A stretch of DNA of 8,982 nucleotides from Octopus sinensis (Eukaryota). Below the pieces are notes generated by a model. The model had not been told where the DNA came from. It saw only the letters and a list, made by a program, of their open reading frames with translations, and did not search any database. Where the stretch lies: positions 1 to 8,982 of the forward strand of contig NW_021827766.1 in assembly GCF_006345805.1 (NCBI RefSeq), read 5' to 3'. The position numbers and the translations under genes are program-made. Numbering within the stretch: the stretch's first letter is position 1; each line of letters starts with the position of its first letter. Below, in pieces: positions 7,232 through 8,982 of the stretch.

Positions 7232-7236
<5 letters not shown>

Positions 7237-7299
<63 letters not shown>
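7237..7299. repeat. (TA)n microsatellite
   Basis: Direct reading. Confidence 0.93.
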
Positions 7300-7303
<4 letters not shown>

Positions 7304-7480
7304 TTGGTTGTAGAGCAAACTACAAATTTAGGTCTCCACTTAACATATCACATCTCGAACATTTAATCATATATAAAAAAAAATAATGCTTTTTCTTATA
7401 CATAGAATACAGATGCATAAAATCACAGATGAAACAATAATTCATTCAGACAAGCATATAAGAAAAATGTGTGAGTACAG

Positions 7481-8094
7481 TCTCTCTCTCTCTCTCTCTT
7501 TACTCTTTTACTTGTTTCAGTCATTTGACTGCGGCCATGCTGGAGCACCGCCTTTAATCGAGCAACTCGACCCCCAGTACTTATTCTTTTGTAAGCCCAG
7601 TACTTATTCTATCGGTCTCTTTTGCCGAACCGCTAAGTAACGGGGACATAAACACACCAGCATCGGTTGTCAAGCAATGCTAGGGGAACAAACACAGACA
7701 CACAAACACACACACACACATACATATATATATATACATATATACGACAGGCTTCTTTTCAGTTTCCGTCTACCAAATTCACTCACAAGGCTTTGGTCGG
7801 CCCGAGGCTATAGTAGAAGACACTTGCCCAAGGTGCCACGCAGTGGAACTGAACCCGGGACCATGTGGTTGGTTAGCAAGCTACTTACCACACAGCCACT
7901 CCTGCACCTATGTATATATACATATATACGACGGGCTTCTTTCAGTTTCCGTCTACTAAATCCACTCACAAGGCTTTGGTCGGCCCAAGGCTATAGTAGA
8001 AGACACTTGCCCAAGGTGCCACGCAGTGGGACTGAACCCGGGACCATGTGGTTGGTTAGCAAGCTACTTACTACACAGCCACTCCTACGCCTAT
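7481..8094 (-). mobile_element. CORE-type tRNA SINE (octopus OR2-like), head-duplicated dimer B with complete 3' tail
   Basis: Minus strand: head+CORE units 8094-7928 and 7911-7744 (A box TGGCTGTGTRG, B box GGGTTCAGTYCC), internal (TA)/(TG)n, and a 3' body ending ...GACTGAAACAAGTAAAAGAGTAAAGAGAGAG. Confidence 0.88.
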
Positions 8095-8144
8095 CGCAAT
8101 ATAAAATTAAAAATTAATAGTTCAGCGTCTAAAAAATTTTGGGT

Positions 8145-8557
8145 GGATCTTTTCGGTTTGAACGGCAGTTTTTCTAGCGGTGTCATATGAAATTGTCACC
8201 CATAATTATGATCCTTGTATCGATCTATTGCATTTCAATCTGTTTTAGGGTTGGGGGGAAGGGTATCGTTTTTTCTGCAGAAATGTAAATAAACCCAATC
8301 TGTTTATTAAACGAGGGACATATTCATACGGCACAGAATGTTTTTTTTTTTTACCTCAATAGACATCATTGATTGGTTGAAATTTCAGAAATTGAAGAAA
8401 AAAAAACAACAAATAACTTACAAACTATAGAATTTTCTCAATAAAGCCAAGAGAAAAAGATGTTTTAGAACCACATTCTACCAGTATATGAAGTTTTAAA
8501 ATGTTTTTAGTTAACTAGAAATTATGTTAAAAACTGCCGTTCAAACCGAAAAGATCC
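8145..8557. mobile_element. MITE with perfect 29-bp TIRs, 413 bp, superfamily unassigned
   Basis: GGATCTTTTCGGTTTGAACGGCAGTTTTT (8145-8173) is the exact reverse complement of 8529-8557. AT-rich non-coding interior; no TSD recognisable. Confidence 0.88.
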
Positions 8558-8584
8558 TATTTTTTAATATTATAACACATAGAA

Positions 8585-8660
8585 TAATAAATATATAAAA
8601 ATATATAAATATATAAATATATAAAAATGCGTATATATAAGAAACATATAAATATATAAG
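8585..8660. repeat. AT-rich low-complexity (ATATAA)-like tract
   Basis: Direct reading. Confidence 0.7.
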
Positions 8661-8982
8661 GCATACATAAATGTTCATCGATTAAGAATTTTTTCGATTA
8701 AAATTTACGTTTTAAGATAAGGGTAGATCGATAGACTATTAAGAAAAGCCGGTGTCCAAGCAAAAATGCTTGTCTAAATGAATATTTGTTTCATTTCTGT
8801 GGTTTTATGCATCCGTATTCTATGTATTGGGTTGTCAGGAAAGTTCGTGCCGATTTACAGTAGCTTACCTTTCGACTTATTTTAGAACATAGTTGAGTCC
8901 ATGAAATAGGATTTGACTACACCTCCATTTACAGCACAGTTTAAGCTATCTTTTCGTGGAAGAAGGTTTATGTTCCTATACC

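Noticed and set aside
6206-8117. ORFs 6206..6703, 7386..7640 and 7677..8117 with repeated RRASFSFR...RRHLPKVPRSGTEP peptides
   Set aside because: Antisense translation of the CORE SINE units; peptide repetition reflects SINE duplication.
8245-8263. Interstitial telomere
   Set aside because: Only one exact TTAGGG, inside a MITE; insufficient.

Overview
Non-genic, repeat-saturated eukaryotic DNA. The SINE families present suggest an octopus/cephalopod genome (inference from recalled family sequences). No intact protein-coding gene is supported: the ORF-track entries are microsatellite, SINE or antisense artefacts, except the C-terminal tip of a CR1/L2-group LINE ORF2, present as three tandem 291-bp copies (3860-4756). 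The window also holds three tRNA-derived SINE families (one as two head-duplicated dimers), a hAT MITE with a perfect 8-bp TSD, a MITE with perfect 29-bp TIRs, and large microsatellites. The most interesting signals are hammerhead ribozyme (HHR) motifs of two unrelated sequence families. (1) A minimal type I HHR (CTGATGA...GAAACTGCAGTC) lies on the symmetry axis of a 357-bp element with 68-bp inverted arms (2269-2625). (2) A head-to-head pair of type I HHRs forms a near-perfect ~115-bp palindrome (6842-6957) in a Penelope-like fragment inserted in (TA)n. All alignments and folds were done by eye; no searches or folding programs were run.
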